Shown piece after piece: positions 18,452-18,755 of a DNA stretch of 18,755 bases. Under the pieces are notes generated by a model, which was not told where the DNA came from, did not search any database, and saw nothing but the letters and a program-made list of their open reading frames with translations. The first letter of the stretch is position 1. Each line of letters opens with the position of its first letter. The DNA is taken from the NCBI GenBank assembly GCA_043228905.1, contig JBHGNT010000632.1:1-18755 (forward strand), in the 5' to 3' direction. Source of the stretch: Azolla caroliniana (lineage: Eukaryota > Plantae > Polypodiophyta). The position numbers and the translations under genes were made by a program.

Positions 18452-18755
18452 CGAGTATGGCTCTTATGTTGTTACATCAAGACAACTTGATTGTCCAAAA
18501 AATTGGATTATCGATGATTCGGTCCTTTTCGTATTACCGACAAGATTAATGATGTCACGTTCCGCCTTGATCTCCTTCTGCACCTTCAAATACATCCGGT
18601 CTTCCATAGTTCTCTTCTCGAACCTTATCATGCCAACACTATTCTCGATCGTGTTACACCATCGTTGCCCCCGCTTGAGTTGGACACCGACCTGGAGTAT
18701 GAAGTTACTGTTGTCCTCGACTCCAATTTGGTCGCACCAAACTTTATTATTTGGT
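18452..18755 (+). mobile_element. Chromovirus integrase C-terminus (GPY/F region) and start of chromodomain; fragment runs off the window
   Basis: Manual translation RVWLL...KKLDYR*FGPFRITDKINDVTFRLDL..HLQIHPVFHSSLLEPY...EYEVTVVLDS...KLYYL; contains stops and a frameshift; not in the ORF track. Confidence 0.9.

Overview
Eukaryotic, intron-containing, AT-rich land-plant genomic DNA; a non-seed plant such as a fern, lycophyte or bryophyte is likely but inferred only from the TE types. 1.3-9.6 kb: a 12-exon P-class pentatricopeptide-repeat gene on the + strand. I assembled it by hand into one open frame of 904 codons with all GT-AG introns; it resembles, from recall, the Arabidopsis At1g76280 family, and has a telo-box and microsatellites upstream. 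10.2-18.8 kb is a nested transposon cluster: a small foldback/MITE-like element; two decayed copies of one LINE family fused tail-to-tail at ~12582; a deleted Ty3/gypsy (Tf1/sushi/Tcn1-like) LTR retrotransposon at 13460-16900 inserted into the second LINE with a 5-bp TSD; and an integrase/chromodomain fragment at the right edge. The most notable signals are in the LTR element. It has an 11-nt self-priming PBS complementary to its own predicted mRNA 5' end, an antisense tRNA-like Pol III A/B-box cassette at the start of U3, a -1 frameshift site with a downstream pseudoknot, and a chimeric 3x182-bp tandem repeat. All coordinates and counts were read by eye; no searches were run.
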